Part shown: piece after piece, positions 1 through 13,554 of the stretch
Layout: each line of letters opens with the position of its first letter
How positions within the stretch are numbered: position 1 is the stretch's first letter
Source: Malacoraja senta
Taxonomy: Eukaryota
Reading direction: 5' to 3'
DNA length: 64,000 bases
Assembly (NCBI GenBank): GCA_038087875.1
Contig: CM075997.1
Location: 7,876,001-7,940,000, forward strand
The notes under the pieces: generated by a model
Told to the model about the DNA's origin: nothing
Seen by the model: the letters and a program-made list of their open reading frames with translations, nothing else
Databases searched by the model: none
Translations under genes and position numbers: made by a program

Positions 1-1740
1 CAATTTCTTTTCTTCGGTATTCACCAAGGAGGATATGGAATTATGTGAGGTAAGGGAAACAAGCAGAGTAGCAATGGAAACTATGAGATTCAAAGAAGAG
101 GAGGTGCGGACACTTTTGAAAAATATGAAAATGGATAAGTCTCCAGGTCCTGACAGGATATTCCCTAGGACATTGAGGGAAGTTAGTGTAGAAATAGCTG
201 GGGCTATCACAGAAATATTTCAAATGTCATTAGAAACGGAAATAGTGCCGGAGGATTGGCGTACTGAGCATGTTGTTCCGTTGTTTAAAAAGGGTTCTAA
301 GAGTAAACCTAGCAATTATAGACCTGTTAGTTTGACGTCAGTGGTGGGCAAATTAATGGAAAGGATACTTAGAGATGATGTATATAATCATCTGGATAAA
401 CAGGGTCTGATTAGGAACAGTCAACATGGATTTGTGCCTGGAAGGTCATGTTTGACTAATCTTCTTGAATTTTTCGAAGAGGTTACTAGGGAAATTGATG
501 AGGGTAAAGCAGTGGATGTTGTCTATATGGACTTCAGTAAGGCCTTTGACAAGGTTCCTCATGGAAGGTTGGTTAAGAAGATTCAATTGTTGGCTATTAA
601 TGGTGGAGTAGCAAGATGGATTCAACAGTGGCTGAATGGGAGATGCCAGAGAGTAATGGTGGATGGCTGTTTGTCAGGTTGGAGGCTGGTGACTAGTGGG
701 GTGCCTCAGGGGTCAGTGTTAGGTCCACTGTTGTTTGTCATGTACATCAATGATCTGGATGATGGTGTGCAAAATTGGATTAGCAAGTATGCAGATGATA
801 CTAAGATAGGTGGTGTTGTGGATAATGAAGTAGATTTTCAAAGTCTACAGAGAGATTTAGGCCATTTGGAAGAGTGGGCTGAAACATGGCAGATGGAGTT
901 TAATGCTGATAAATGTGAGGTGCTACATCTCGGCAGGACAAATCAAAATAGGACGCACATGGTAAATGGTAGCGAATTGAGGAATGCAGTTGAACAGAGG
1001 GATCTAGGAATAACTGTGCATAGTTCCCTGAAGGTGGAATCTCATGTAGATAGGGTGGTAAAGAAAGCTTTTGGTGTGCTGGCCTTCATAAATCAGAGCA
1101 TTGAATATAGAAGTTGGGATGTAATGTTAAAATTGTACAAGGCATTGGTGAGGCCAATTCTGGAGTATGGTGTACAATTTTGGTTGCCCAATTATAGGAA
1201 GGATGTCAACAAAATAGAGAGAGTACAGAGGAGATTTACTAGAATGTTGCCTGGGTTTCAGCAACTAAATTACAGAGAAAAGTTGAACAAGTTAGGTCTT
1301 TATTCTTTGGAGCGCAGAAGGTTAAGGGGGGACTTGATAGAGGTCTTTAAAATGATGAGCGGGTTAGACAGAGTTGACGTGGATAAGCTTTTCCCATTGA
1401 GAGTAGGGAAGATTCAAACAAGGGGACATGACTTGAGAATTAAGGGACAGAAGTTTAGGGGTAACATTAGGGGGAACGTCTTTACTCAGAGTGGTAGCTG
1501 TGTGGAATGAGCTTCCAGTGGAAGTGGTGGAGGCAGGTTTGATTTTATCCCTTAAAAATAGATTGAATGGGTATATGGACGGGAAAGGAATGGAGGGATA
1601 TGGTCTGAGTGCAGGCAGATGGGACTAGGGGGAAGTAAGAAGAAAGAAGGGGGGGAAAAAAAAGTGTTCGGCACGGACTTGAAGGGCCGAGATGGCCTGT
1701 TTCCGTACTGTAATGGTTATATGGTATTATATGGTTATAT
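1..1740 (+). mobile_element. Young CR1 LINE (family A), ORF2 reverse transcriptase to 3' tail; 5' part outside the window
   Basis: ORF 35-1510 is open for 491 aa with [27 protein letters not shown] and YADD; short-repeat 3' tail (tatggtta). Confidence 0.92.
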
Positions 1741-2692
1741 GGAGGGGATTCAAAGTAACATTAGCAAATTTGCAGATGACCTAAAGCTGGGTGGCAGTGT
1801 GAACTGTAAGGAGGATGCTATGAGAATGCAGGGTGACTTGGACAGGTTGGAGAAGATGCATGGCAGATGAAGTTTAATGCGGATAAATGTGAGGTTATCC
1901 ACTTTGGTAGCAAAAACAGGAAGGCAGATTACTATCTAAATGGCGTCAAGTTGGGAAAAGGGGAAGTACAACAGGATCTGGGGGTCCTTGTTCATCAGTC
2001 TATAAAAGTAAGCATGAAGGTACAGCAGGCCATGAAGAAAGTGAATGACATGTTGGCCTTTATAACAAGAGGAATCGAATATAGGAGCAAAGAGGTCCTT
2101 CTGCAGTTGTATAGGGCCCTAGTGAGACCACACCTGGAGTATTGTGTGCAGTTTTGGTCCCCTAATTTGAGGAAGGACATTCTTGCTATTGAGGGAGTGC
2201 AGCGTAGGTTTACAAGGTTAATTCCCGGGATGGCGGGACTGTCATATGCTGAGAGAATGGAGCGGCTGGGCTTGTATACAATGGAGTCTCAAAGGATGAG
2301 ATGGGATCTTATTGAAACCTATAAGATTATTAAGGGTTTGTACATGCTAGAGGCAGGAAACATGTTCCTGATGTTGGGGAGTCCAGAACCAGGGGCCAGT
2401 TTAAGAATAAGGGGTAAGCCATTTAGAACAGAGATGAGGAAACACTTTTTCACACAGAGAGTAGTGAGTCTGTGGAATTCTCTGCCTCAGAGGGTGGTGG
2501 AGGCCGGTTCTCTGGATACTTTCAAGGGAGAGCAAGCTAGTGCTCTTAAAGATAGCGGAGTCAGGGGATATGCGGAGAAGGCAGAAACGGGGTACTGATT
2601 GTGGATGATCAGTCATGATCACATTGAATGGCGGTGCTGGCTCGAAGGGCTGAATGGCCTACTCCTGCACCTATTGTCGATTGTCTATTGCT
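1741..2692 (+). mobile_element. CR1 LINE 3' fragment (different subfamily)
   Basis: ISKFADD...LVRPHLEYCVQFW...FFTQRVV, CR1 3' UTR, (ctattgt)n tail. Confidence 0.88.
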
Positions 2693-3291
2693 TAGTTCCG
2701 AAAACTCCTCCGGTAATGCAGTAATGATCCCAGCTGCCTATACCTGTCCCGTGCGTCCTTCTGATTGTTGAGCAATGCCTCAATTTCCTTCATCAAAGCC
2801 AAGCTTCCTTACGTCAAAGGGTGGTGGGTGGTATCTGCCTCAAATACGTATTCTGGTTAGGAGGTGCCTGAGGAAGTATTTGAGGCAGGTGCCATAACAA
2901 CATTTCAAAGACATTTGGGCATGATAGATACAAAAAGCTGGAGTAACTCAGCAGGTCAGATAGCGTCCAGAGAAAAGGAATAGGTGATATTTTGGGTCGA
3001 GACCCATCTTCAGACCAAGATAGTTGGCCAAGATAGTTTCAATCAAACTACTGGGACAGGTGCAAGGCTAGGAAAGATTAAGAGGGATGTAGGCCAAATG
3101 CAGGAAATTAGGACTGGCTCGTGGTTGGCATGGACAAGTTTGGCCTACTGGCCTGTCTCTTTTCTATGTGACTGAAAAGTATTAAACACGATAATACAAC
3201 TGCATTCGGTGTTGGAGTCTTGCTGCATCACGATGCTTTAAAGCAACTCTACAATCCAGTAAAGGAGCAGCATGCCAGTGCTGCCACTTAC

Positions 3292-3374
3292 ACCATGGAG
3301 TGCTTCCTGTGCCATCGATCGAAAGGTGAGAATCACACCGATAATCATCATCCTCTTGAGAACGTTGTCAGAAG
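3292..3374 (-). CDS. NCKAP1L: NCKAP1L-like coding exon (83 bp), last in the window
   Basis: ttgcag|CTTCTGAC...CATGGT|gtaagt; SDNVLKRMMIIGVILTFRSMAQEALHG. Confidence 0.92.
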
Positions 3375-4699
3375 CTGCAATACACAAGAACAGGAGTCAG
3401 TCTCGAGGCAAATGACCAGATTCGTCAACCACAGGAGAGACAACCGTTGTACTCTTCCCGAGGACGGGAATGGGGTGGGATCAGGGATGGACACGGGTGG
3501 ATCTGAACCCATTGCCACGGACATGGTGGACAGCATTGTGTCCCGACCCTACCCTGTACCCTGCCACCCCGTGGATGGACCCAGGGACCTCCTGGAGACC
3601 AGGGGCTGCAGCAACGAGGTCCGGCTGACCATCGACTGCTGCTTATCTCTCGGCGCTCAGGTGGGGATCTGACCGTACCGTCCTCCACAAGATGGGGTGG
3701 ACCACGAGCGTCACTCCAATCCAGCAGCACCAGGTTAAGGGCTTCCTCACAAACGTCTTTTTTTTTCAAAAATAGATTTTAATCATTATTAAAAATATAT
3801 ACAAAAAAAAACTCTTAACACATTCTTGGTATCTTTACATTCAATATTGTCAGTCATAGAGTCAGAGACCTCGGAAACAGCCCCTTTGTCCGAACTTGCC
3901 CACGCCGACCAAGATGCTCCATCTGCACTCGACCCACCTGGCCGCATTTGGCCAATATCCCTTTAAGCTTTTCCGAGCCATGTACCTGTTCCATTAGTTT
4001 GATTGAAAGATGCAGCATGGAAATAGGCCATTTAGCCCACTGAGTCCATGCAGACCACCGGTTCTATGTTATCCCACTGGTTCTATGTTATCCCACTGGT
4101 TCTATGTTATCCCACTTTCTCATTCATTCCTTGCACATTAGGGCAATTTACAGAGGCCGGCTGACCTACAAAGCCGCACATCTTTGAGACGTGGGAGGAA
4201 ACCAGAGCTCCAGGAGGAAACCCACGCGGTCAAAGGGATAACGTGCAAACTCCACACAGACATCCAAGGTCAGGATCAAGTCTGGTTCTCTGGCGCTGTG
4301 AGGCAACAGCTCTACCAGCCGTGCCTAGTGTAGGCACCTGACTGTTTATTTACGTATAGGACCATTTGCACCCATATGGCCCCCTGGTCATGATATCTCC
4401 TCCCTTGTGTGATGGGTCCCCACTAGACTCGCCTGCAGTGTGTAAAGTCTAAATCTCACGCCCTCCAGTCCCAGCAATATCCTTGTGAATCTTTTCTGCA
4501 CCCGTTCTAGATTAATGGCACGAGAGGACATTGCTATGAGGTGAGAGGGTAATGGAGATGTGCAGGACACGTTTTTTTTTACACAGAGAGATGGTGGATG
4601 ACTGGTACACATTGCTAGGAGTGGTGGTGGAGGCAGGTGCAATAGTGGCAGGTTTATGTATAGGCCAGAGAGACCAGTTTAGCAAATACATCACGTTTG

Positions 4700-7600
4700 G
4701 CCGACATCAGCCAACATCAGGTAGTTAGAGACTCCATTGTGAGAGGTACGGACAGGGGTTCTGCGGCAACAGACGGGATTTGACGATGGTGTGCAGCCTC
4801 CCTGGTGCCAGGATCCAGGATGTCACGGACAGAGTGCAGAAAATCCTCAAGGGCGAAGGTGAACAGCCGAAGTTGTAGTGCATGTTGGCACAAACGATGT
4901 CGGAAAGAAGGGGATGAATATTCTGGAGCGTGACTTTAGAGAGCTCGGAAAAGTGCTGAAAAGCAGGACCTCCAGGGTGGTTAACCATATAACCATATAA
5001 CAATTACAGCACGGAAACAGGCCAACTCGGCCCTTCTAGTCCGTGCCGAACACTTATTCTCACCTAGTCCCATCTACCTGCACTCAGACCATAACCCTCC
5101 ATTTCTTTCCCGTCCATATACCTATCCAATTTATTTTTAAATGATAAAATCGAACCTGCCTCCACCACTTCCATGGGAAACTCATTCCACACAGCTACCA
5201 CTCTCTGAGTAAAGAAGTTCCCCCTCATGTTAGCCCTAAACTTCTGTCCCTTAATTCTAAAATCATGTCCTCTTGTTTGAATCTTCCCCACTCTCAATGG
5301 AAAAAAGCCTATGTTGTGGCGATTAGTGAAACATGGTTGCAGGATGGCTGTGATTGGAAACTAAATATTCCAGGATTTTGTTGCTTCAGGTGTGATAGAA
5401 TTGGAGAGGCAAGAGGTGGGGGTGTTGCATTGCTAGTCAGGGAAGATATTACTGCAGTGCTTTGGCAGGATAGATTAGAGGGCTCGTCTAGGGAGGCTAT
5501 TTGGGTGGAACTGAGAAATGGGAAAGGTGTAGCAACACTTATAGGGGTGTATTATGGACCGCCTAATGGGGAGTGAGAATTGGAAGAGCAAATATGTAAG
5601 GAGATTGCAGATATTAGTAGTAAGCACAAGGTAGTGATTGTGGGAAATTTCAATTTTCCACACATAGACTGGGAAACACATTCTGTAAAAGGGCTGGATG
5701 GTTTGGAGTTTGTAAAATGTGTGCAAGATAGTTTTTTGCAGCAATACATAGAGGTAGCCACTAGAGGAGGGGCAGTGCTGGACCTCCTGTTAGGAAATGA
5801 GACAGGGCAGGTGGCGGAGGTATGCGTCGGGGAGCACTTCAGGTCCAGTGATCACAATACCATTAGTTTCAATATAATAATGGAGAAGGTCAGAACTGGA
5901 CCAAGGGTTGAGATTTTTGATTGGAGAAAGGCTAACTTTGAGGAGATGTGAAAGGATTTAAAAGGAGTGAATTGGACATTTTGTTTTATGGGAAGGATGT
6001 AGAAGAGAAATGGAGAACATTTAAAGGTGAAATTTTAAGAGTACAGAATCTTTATGTACCTGTTCGGTTGAAAGGAAATAGTAATAATTGGAAAGAGCCA
6101 TGGTTTTCAAGGGAAATTGGACACTTGGTTCAGAAAAAGAGAGAGATCTACAATAATTATAGGCAGCATGGAGTAAATGAGGTGCTTGAGGAGTATAAAG
6201 AATGTAAAAAGAATCTTAAGAGAAATTAGAAAAGCTAAAAGAAGATATGAGGTTGCTTTGGCAAGGAAGGTGAAAGTAAATCCAAAGGGTTTCTATAGCT
6301 ATATTAATAGCAAAAGGATAACGAGGGACAAAATTGGTCCATTAGAGTCAGAGATGGCAGCTATCTGCAGAGCTAAAAGAGATGGGGGAGATATTGAACA
6401 ATTTATTTTCTTCGGTATTCACCAAGGAGAAGGATATTGAATTATGTGAGGTAAGGGAAACAACTAGAGTACCTATGGAAACTATGAGATTCAAAGAAGA
6501 GGAAGTACTGACACTTTTGAAAAATATAAAAGTGGATAAGTCTCCAGTTCCTGACAGGATATTCCCTATGACATAGAGGGAAGTTGGTGTAGAAATAGCA
6601 GGGGCTATGACAGAAATATTTCAAATGTAATTTGAAGTGGTGTGGTGCCGGAGGATTGGCGTACTGCGCATGTTGTTCCATTGATTAAAAAGGGTTCTAA
6701 GAGTAAACCTGGCAATTGTAGACCTGCTAGTTTGACGTCAGTGGTGGGCAAATTAATGGAAAGGATACTTAGAGATAATATATATAAGCATCTGGAAAAA
6801 AAGGGTCTGATTAGGAACAGTCAACATGGATTTGTGCCTGGAAGGTCATGTTTGACTTATCTTCTTGAATTTTTTTAAGAGGTTACTAGGGAAATTGATG
6901 AAGGTAAAGTGGTGGATGTTGTCTATATGGACTTCAGTAAGGCCTTTGACAAGGTTCCACATGGAAGGTTGGTTAAGAAGGTTCAATTGTTGGGTATTAA
7001 TGGTGGAATAGCAAGATGGATTCAACAGTGGCTGAATGGGAGATGTCAGAGAGTAACGGTGGGTGGCTGTTTGTCAGGTTGGAGGCGGGTGACTAGTGGG
7101 GTGCCTCAGGTACCTGTGTTGGGTCCACTGTTGTTTGTCATATACATCAATGATCTGGATGATGGTGTGGTAAATTGGATTAGTAAGTATGCAGATGATA
7201 CTAAGATAGGTGGTGTTGTGGATAATGAAGTAGATTTTCAATGTCTACAGAGAGATTTAGGCCATTTGGAAGTGTGGGATGAAAGATGGCAGATGGAGTT
7301 TAATGCTGATAAGTGTGAGGTGCAACATCTTGGCAGGACAAATCAAAATAGGACATACATGGTAAATGGTAGAGAATTGAGGAATGCAGTTGAACAGAGG
7401 GATCTAGGAATAACTGTGCATAGTTCCCTGAAGGTGGAATCTCATGTAGATAGGGTGGTAAAGAAAGCTTTTGGTGTGCTGGCATTTATAAATCAGAGCA
7501 TTGAGTATAGAAGTTGGGATGTAATGTTAAAATTCTACAAGGCATTGGTGAGGCCAATTCTGGAGTATGGTGTACAATTTTGGTCGACAAATTATAGGAA

Positions 7601-8097
7601 AGATGTCAACAAAATAGAGAGAGTACAGAGGAGATTTACTAGAATGTTGCCAGGGTTTCAGCAACTAAGTTACAGAGAAAGGTTGAACAAGTAAGGTCTT
7701 TATTCTTTGGAGCGCAGAAGCTTAAGGGGGGACTTGATAGAGGTCTTTAAAATGATGAGAGGGATAGACAGAGTTGAGGTGGATAGGCTTTTTCCATTGA
7801 GAGTAGGGAAGATTCAAACAAGAGGACATGATTTGAGAATTAAGGGACAGAAGTTTAGGGGTAACATGAGGGGGAACTTCTTTACTCAGAGAGTGGAAGC
7901 TGTGTGGAATGAGCTTCCCATGGAAGTGGTGGAGGCAGGTTCGATTTTATCATTTAAAAATAAATTAGTTAGGTATATGGACGGGAAAGGAATGGAGGGC
8001 AGTTAGATGGGAATAGGGGAGAATAAGTGTTTGGCACGGATTAGAAGGGCCGAGGGCCTGTTTCCGTGCTGTAATTGGTATATGGTATATGGTAATA
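4700..8097 (+). mobile_element. Long CR1 LINE (family A): ORF1 esterase remnant, ORF2 APE endonuclease and RT, with frameshifts
   Basis: ORF1-like VGDSIVRGTD...HVGTNDV at ~4720-4980; EN motifs SETWL, VIVGNFNFP and SDH; RT YADD; nearly identical to the copy at 1-1740. Confidence 0.9.
4981..5308 (-). mobile_element. Inverted CR1 family A 3' end embedded in the long CR1
   Basis: Reverse complement of ~7790-8095; peptide RVGKIQTRGH...FFTQRVV on the minus strand. Confidence 0.85.
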
Positions 8098-9215
8098 TGG
8101 TGAAATGCGTAAGGAATTAAAACTATTGTATTTGAATGCGCAAAGTATAAGAAGTAGGCGAGAAATAGTATTGGGTAGGCTAATGGGACTGTAGGATGAT
8201 AAATCCCCTGGGCCTGATGGTCTGCATCCCAGGGTCCTCAGGGAGGTTGCTCTAGAAATAGTGGACGCATTGGTGATCATTTTCCAATGTTCAATAGATT
8301 CAGGATTAGTTCCTGTGGATTGGAGGATAGCTAATGTTATCCCACTTTTCAAGAAAGGAGCAAGAGAGAAAACGGGGAAATACAGACCCGTTAGCCTGAC
8401 TTCGGTGGTGGGAAAGATGCTGGAGTCAATTATTAAAGAGGTAATAATGGGGCATTTGGATAGCGGTAAAAGGATTAGTCTAAGTCAACATGGATTTATG
8501 AAAGGGAAATCGTGCTTGACTAATCTTCTGGAATTTTTTGAGGATGTGAGAAGTAAAATGGATGAAGGGGTGCCAGTGGATGTAGTGTATCTAGACTTTC
8601 AGAAAGCCTTTGATAAGGTCCCGCATGGGAGACTGGTGACTAAAATTAGAGCACATGGTATTGCGGGTAGGGTGTTGACATGGATAGACAATTGTTTGGC
8701 AGACCGGAAGCAAAGAGTAGGAGTGAATGGGTCCTTTTCAGAATGGCAGGCAGTGGCGAATGGAGTGCCGCAAGGCTTGGTGTTGGGGCCGCAACTGTTT
8801 ACCATATATATTAATGATTTGGAAGAGGGAATTAGGAGCAATCTCGAGAACCTACTTTGCACTGCCTCAATCACAAGGATGTCCTTCCTCAAATTAGGAG
8901 ACCAAAACTGTACACAATGCTCCAGATGTGGTCTCACCAGAGCCCTATACAACTGCAGAAGAACCTCTTTACTCCTATATTGAAATCCTCTTGTTATGAA
9001 GGCCAAAATTCCAGTGGAGGCCAAATCACTGGATGGATTTAAGAGAGAGTTAGATAGAGCTCTAGGGGCTAGTGGAGTCAAGGGATATGGGAAGAAGGCA
9101 GGCACGGGTTATTGATAGGGAACGATCAGCCATGATCACAATAATTGGCGGTGCTGGCTCGAAGGTCCGAATGGCCTCCTCCTGCACCTATTTTCTATGT
9201 TTCTATTTTTCTATG
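8098..9215 (+). mobile_element. CR1 LINE (family B), deleted and internally inverted
   Basis: RT peptide on + to ~8840, minus-strand segment ~8840-9012, then + 3' UTR with (tttctatg)n tail. Confidence 0.85.
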
Positions 9216-9489
9216 TTGGCATAGTCAATGTGGGCCAAAGGACCCGTTTCTCTGCTGTACTGTTCTACATTTTATATACGTATCTCTGAAACAGTAGAGC
9301 ATAGGGCAGGTCCATCATACCTGCGCTGACCATGATGCCAATCTAAAGTAACCACATCTGCCGGTACATGATCTCTCTATCCAATTCCAGTTCATGTGTC
9401 TGTCTAAATGCTTCTTAAGCATTGCTTTATTTCTGCTTCCACCACCTCCCCTGGCAGTGTTTCAGGTACCCACCATTAGACTGCTCCAA

Positions 9490-10902
9490 TTTTGGTGTTG
9501 TCAGCGAGCTTACTCACCAACCCATCTACATTTATGTCTTGCTTACGACATTCATCGCCCTACCTTCATCAATTTCCTTTGTGGCCTCCTTGAAAAACTC
9601 AATCAAGTTAGTGAGACACGACATGCCGTGTAAAGTGTTGCTGGCTCTCCCTAATTAGCCCATTTTCCTCCAAATGGGAGTAAATCCCATCTCGAAGAAT
9701 TCTCTCCAATAGTTTCCCTACCACTGATGTGAGGCACACTGGCCGATACTTCCCTGGATTCTCTCTACTTCTCTCCTGAAACAAAGGGTCAACATTGGCC
9801 ACTCTCTAATCCTCCGGGAAGTCACCGATGGCTTGAAAAGAAACAAAGATCCTCTTCAAGGCCCCCGCAATCTCCGCTCTTGCCTCCCCCAATAACATGG
9901 GATAGATCCCATCAGACCATGGGGACTTATCTACCTTAATGTTCTTTAAGAGCCTCAACATCTCCGTATCCTCCTGCATTGCAAGGAATAGAATCCTAGC
10001 CTGCTCACGTCTCCCCATAGATCAGGACCTTAAGTCCTGACATCTTCATAAAGCTTCTTTGTATTCTTTCCAGCTTAACATCTTTCCTACAACATGATGA
10101 CCAAAACTGAATCTATTACTCTAAATGTGGCCTCACCAACATCTAGTAGAACTGGAGCATATCCCAACTTTTATGCACAGTACCCTGACTGATGAACGCC
10201 AATGTGCTGAAAGTCTTCTTCACCACCCTATCTACCTGTAATGTTACTTCCAAGGAACAATGTACCTGCTCTCCTCGATTCCTCAGCTCGACAACACTTC
10301 CCAGGGCCCTGCCGTTCACTGTGAAGGTCCGGTCACGGTTTGACTTCCCAAAATGCAACACTTCGCACTGACAACCTTCTACCGCTGCACGACAGAGAGC
10401 ATACTAACATATGGCATCTGTGTGGTATCTCAGCTGCACGGAGGCGGAGAGGAGAGCTCTTCAGCGCGTCGTCCACAGAGCGCAGAAGATTATTGGGACA
10501 CAGCTACCAACTCAGGAAGGCCGCCAGCATCCATAAAGACTCCTCACACCCTTGTGTTCGAACTCCTACCTTCCGGCAGACGTTAAAAGGTCTTCTACGC
10601 CCGCACCTCCAGACTCAGGAACAGCATCATTCCCAGAGCTATAGCTGCTCTGAACCGGCCCTGCAGAGTGCCCCCCACCCCCATGGACTGTCTCCCTCGG
10701 ATGGTCACGTCACACAGACACATCTGCACTTTAGACTGTTTTGACTATTTTACTGTTTTACTGTTCATTTATAAACCATTTTCTCGGGGTATCTAAATCT
10801 AAATTTTATTAGTTGTTTAAGTTATGACATCGGATGGAAGCTGCAAACTCAAATCTTGTTGCACTTATGTGCAATGACAATAAAATATATTATTAGTTAT
10901 TA

Positions 10903-10935
<33 letters not shown>

Positions 10936-11960
10936 TTCTGTATAAAACTCTGTTAACCATTCCTCAGCCCACATGCCCAACTGGTCATGAACCTGCTGTA
11001 ATATTTGATAATCATCTTTGCCATGTATGATACTCGCCACTTTGGTGTCATCTGCAAACTAACTAATTATGCCTTCAACATCAACAATGGGCCCAGCAAC
11101 GATCCCTGAGCTACACCACAGGCTTTCAGTTTGAAAAACAACCTTTCACCATCACCCTCTGCTTCCTTCCATGCGGCCAATTCTCTAACCAGTCAGCTAG
11201 CTCTCCCTGGGTCCCAAGCGATCTAATCTTCTGAACCTTATCATATGCCTCGCTGGTCCATATAGACAATGTCTACGGCTTTGATCAACATCTTTTAGTT
11301 ATCAACATCGTTTAGTTATCACCCTCTGTGTGAAAAAGCTGACCGTCAGGTTTCAATTAAATCTTTCCCTTCTAACCTTAATCCTATGACCTCTAGTTCT
11401 TGATTCCCGTATTCTGGGTAAAATACTCTGTGCTTTCACCGTTCTAATCCATGATTTGATACTTCTCTATAAGATCACCCCAAAGCCTCCTGTGCTCCAA
11501 GGAAAAATGTCATCACCTGCCAAACCTCTCCCTACAGCTCAGGCCCTCAAGTCCTGTCAATATCCTCGTAAATCCTGGAAGAACTCAGCGGGTCAGGTAG
11601 CATCTCTGGAGGACATGGATAGGCAACGATTCAAGGCGGGCCATTCTGTAGACCGTTTGGTCTGCAGAAGAGTCCTGACCTGAATTGTTGCCTCTAGATG
11701 TCCTACAGAAATGCTGCCCAATACACTGAATTTCTCCAGCACCTGCAGTTCCTTGAATCTCTTCGTAAACCTTCTCTGCATTCTTTCCATCTTAACAGTA
11801 TCCTTATCATATCAAAGTGACCAAAACTGAACATAATACTCCAAATGCGACCTCACCATAATCTTGTACAAATGTAACATAACATTCCAACTTTTTATAT
11901 TCAGTACCCTGACTGATGAAGACCAGCATGTCAAAATCCTTCTTCACCAACCTATGTCCC
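9490..11960 (-). mobile_element. Degraded CR1 fragments with nested insertions
   Basis: Minus-strand peptides YRPVCLTSVVGKLLERILRD, VDKSPWSDGIYP and MLHFGKSN. Confidence 0.7.
10365..10935 (+). mobile_element. Rex1/Babar LINE 3' fragment with (TTA)n tail
   Basis: LTTFYRCTTESILTYGI...FELLPSGRR; terminal hairpin gttgcac-ttat-gtgcaat followed by gacaataaa. Confidence 0.75.
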
Positions 11961-12139
11961 TGCAACACAACATTTCTGTGTCAAGTCCCCCATATTGACA
12001 GCATTTTGAGGGTCAGCACTGACCCGAATCTCAGAGCAGCCACACAAATCCCCTGGCCACAAGAGCAGGTCATAGGCTGGGGATCCTACAGTGAGTAACA
12101 CCACATCCCCTCCACCCTCCACTCCCCCCCTCCCCAAAG

Positions 12140-12650
12140 GCCCTTCCACTATCTGTAAGGCACAAGTCAGGAGTGTGATGAAACACTCTCCACTTGCCTG
12201 GATGAGTGCAGTGAGAAACACCACTTTGGAGCTCAACACCATCCTGAGCAAAGCAGCCGCTTGATCGTCACCCCGTCCACCACCCTACAAACACCCTCAC
12301 TCCACCACTGGCACACAGTAGCTGCGGTGTGACTGCACCATCTACACAATGCACCCCAGTTACTCGCCCACATTATTCCCACAGCACTTCCCCAACCCAC
12401 CTCCTCTGCTGCAATGGAGGACCCGCGGGGCAGGTGTGGGGGTCACCACTGTCTCTAGGTTCCCCTTCAGGTCACACATTGTCCTGCCCTGGAAATATAA
12501 TCGCTGAAGTACCTTCATTGTCACTGGGACTAAACCCTGGAACTCCGGCCCCTACAGCACCTTCACCAGGTGGGCTGAATGGTTTACGCTCACCCCCAAT
12601 ATCAAGGGACAGTTAGGAATGGGCAATAAACACTGGCCATGATGATTATG
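12140..12650 (+). mobile_element. Ancient CR1/L2-group LINE 3' remnant
   Basis: Degenerate TICKAQVRSVMKHSPLAWMSA...LNTILSKAA peptide. Confidence 0.5.
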
Positions 12651-13003
12651 CCCACTACCCGAAAAAACTGGTCAAATTGAAAATAAGCATGATTTTAAAG
12701 ATACAACTTTGTAAACGTTAGTGTAATGATTTAAGAGATCATGTACTAGACAAACAGATCCATCTAGACTAAGGTCTTTAGTTGTAGTTGATTAGTGTAC
12801 AATGGTCAGCAAGTCCTGTTGCAAAAATAGATTCAAGACTGGATGTGATGAAGGGGATACATGTGTCCGAAGCGGGGCAGTCAGGTTTGACTGGATCGAT
12901 CCCTGGGTGGAAGGCTAGGGCAATGATTCAAGGTAGGATGAACCGGTTTCAACAAGAGAGAGGATCAAACTAACGAGGTAAAGTAAAACATGGTGTCACT
13001 CAC

Positions 13004-13097
13004 ATGTTAGACGCTTGGCCAAGGTAGTCATCACATCTGGTTTTTGAAGGTTGGACCTTATTTGTACCAAGATGTCCATGTTCTCCACCACCAGTTT
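13004..13097 (-). CDS. NCKAP1L: NCKAP1L-like coding exon (94 bp)
   Basis: aaacag|AAACTG...AACAT|gtgagt; [31 protein letters not shown]. Confidence 0.93.
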
Positions 13098-13109
13098 CTG
13101 TTTACACAA

Positions 13110-13520
13110 TACAACATACACTGTGAGTCAAGAGGCTGCCGTGAGTGCTGGACTCAGCCTGGTCCGTCACAGGCACAGCCCTCCCCTCCATCGACACTTC
13201 TACATGAGGCTCTGTCACCAGAAGACAGAAAATATGCCATCAGAGACACCCACCATCTGGTCCATGTCTTCTTCCCGCTGCCACCGTCGGGCAGGAAGTC
13301 CCACACCACCAGCTTCAAGAATAGCTACTTTCCTCCAATTATCAGATCTGCACAACGATTACCACAATCCAACCTCGGCAGCAGAACACCACAGACACTT
13401 CTTGCACCACCATGGACTTGTTTTAGAATGTTGTGTTAGTGCTTAAGATCTTGGTTTTTTTGCAGTCATTTTTGTTTCACTATCTTGTATAATTTATATT
13501 TTAAGTGTTATCTGAGTCCA
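13110..13520 (+). mobile_element. Degraded Rex1/Babar 3' fragment
   Basis: IRDTHHLVHVFFPLPPSGRK...SFKNSYFPPIIR. Confidence 0.6.
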
Positions 13521-13554
13521 TATGCGTGTGGTAGAACACAGAACAGAACAAACA

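Noticed and set aside
3400..3760. 150-aa ORF (3220-3672) and a possible Tx1/L1-like remnant
   Set aside because: The ORF runs antisense across a real exon, and the similarity is too weak to assign a family
4061..4117. CRISPR-like short direct repeats
   Set aside because: Contiguous 19-mer tandem inside a SINE with no spacers, in a eukaryotic context
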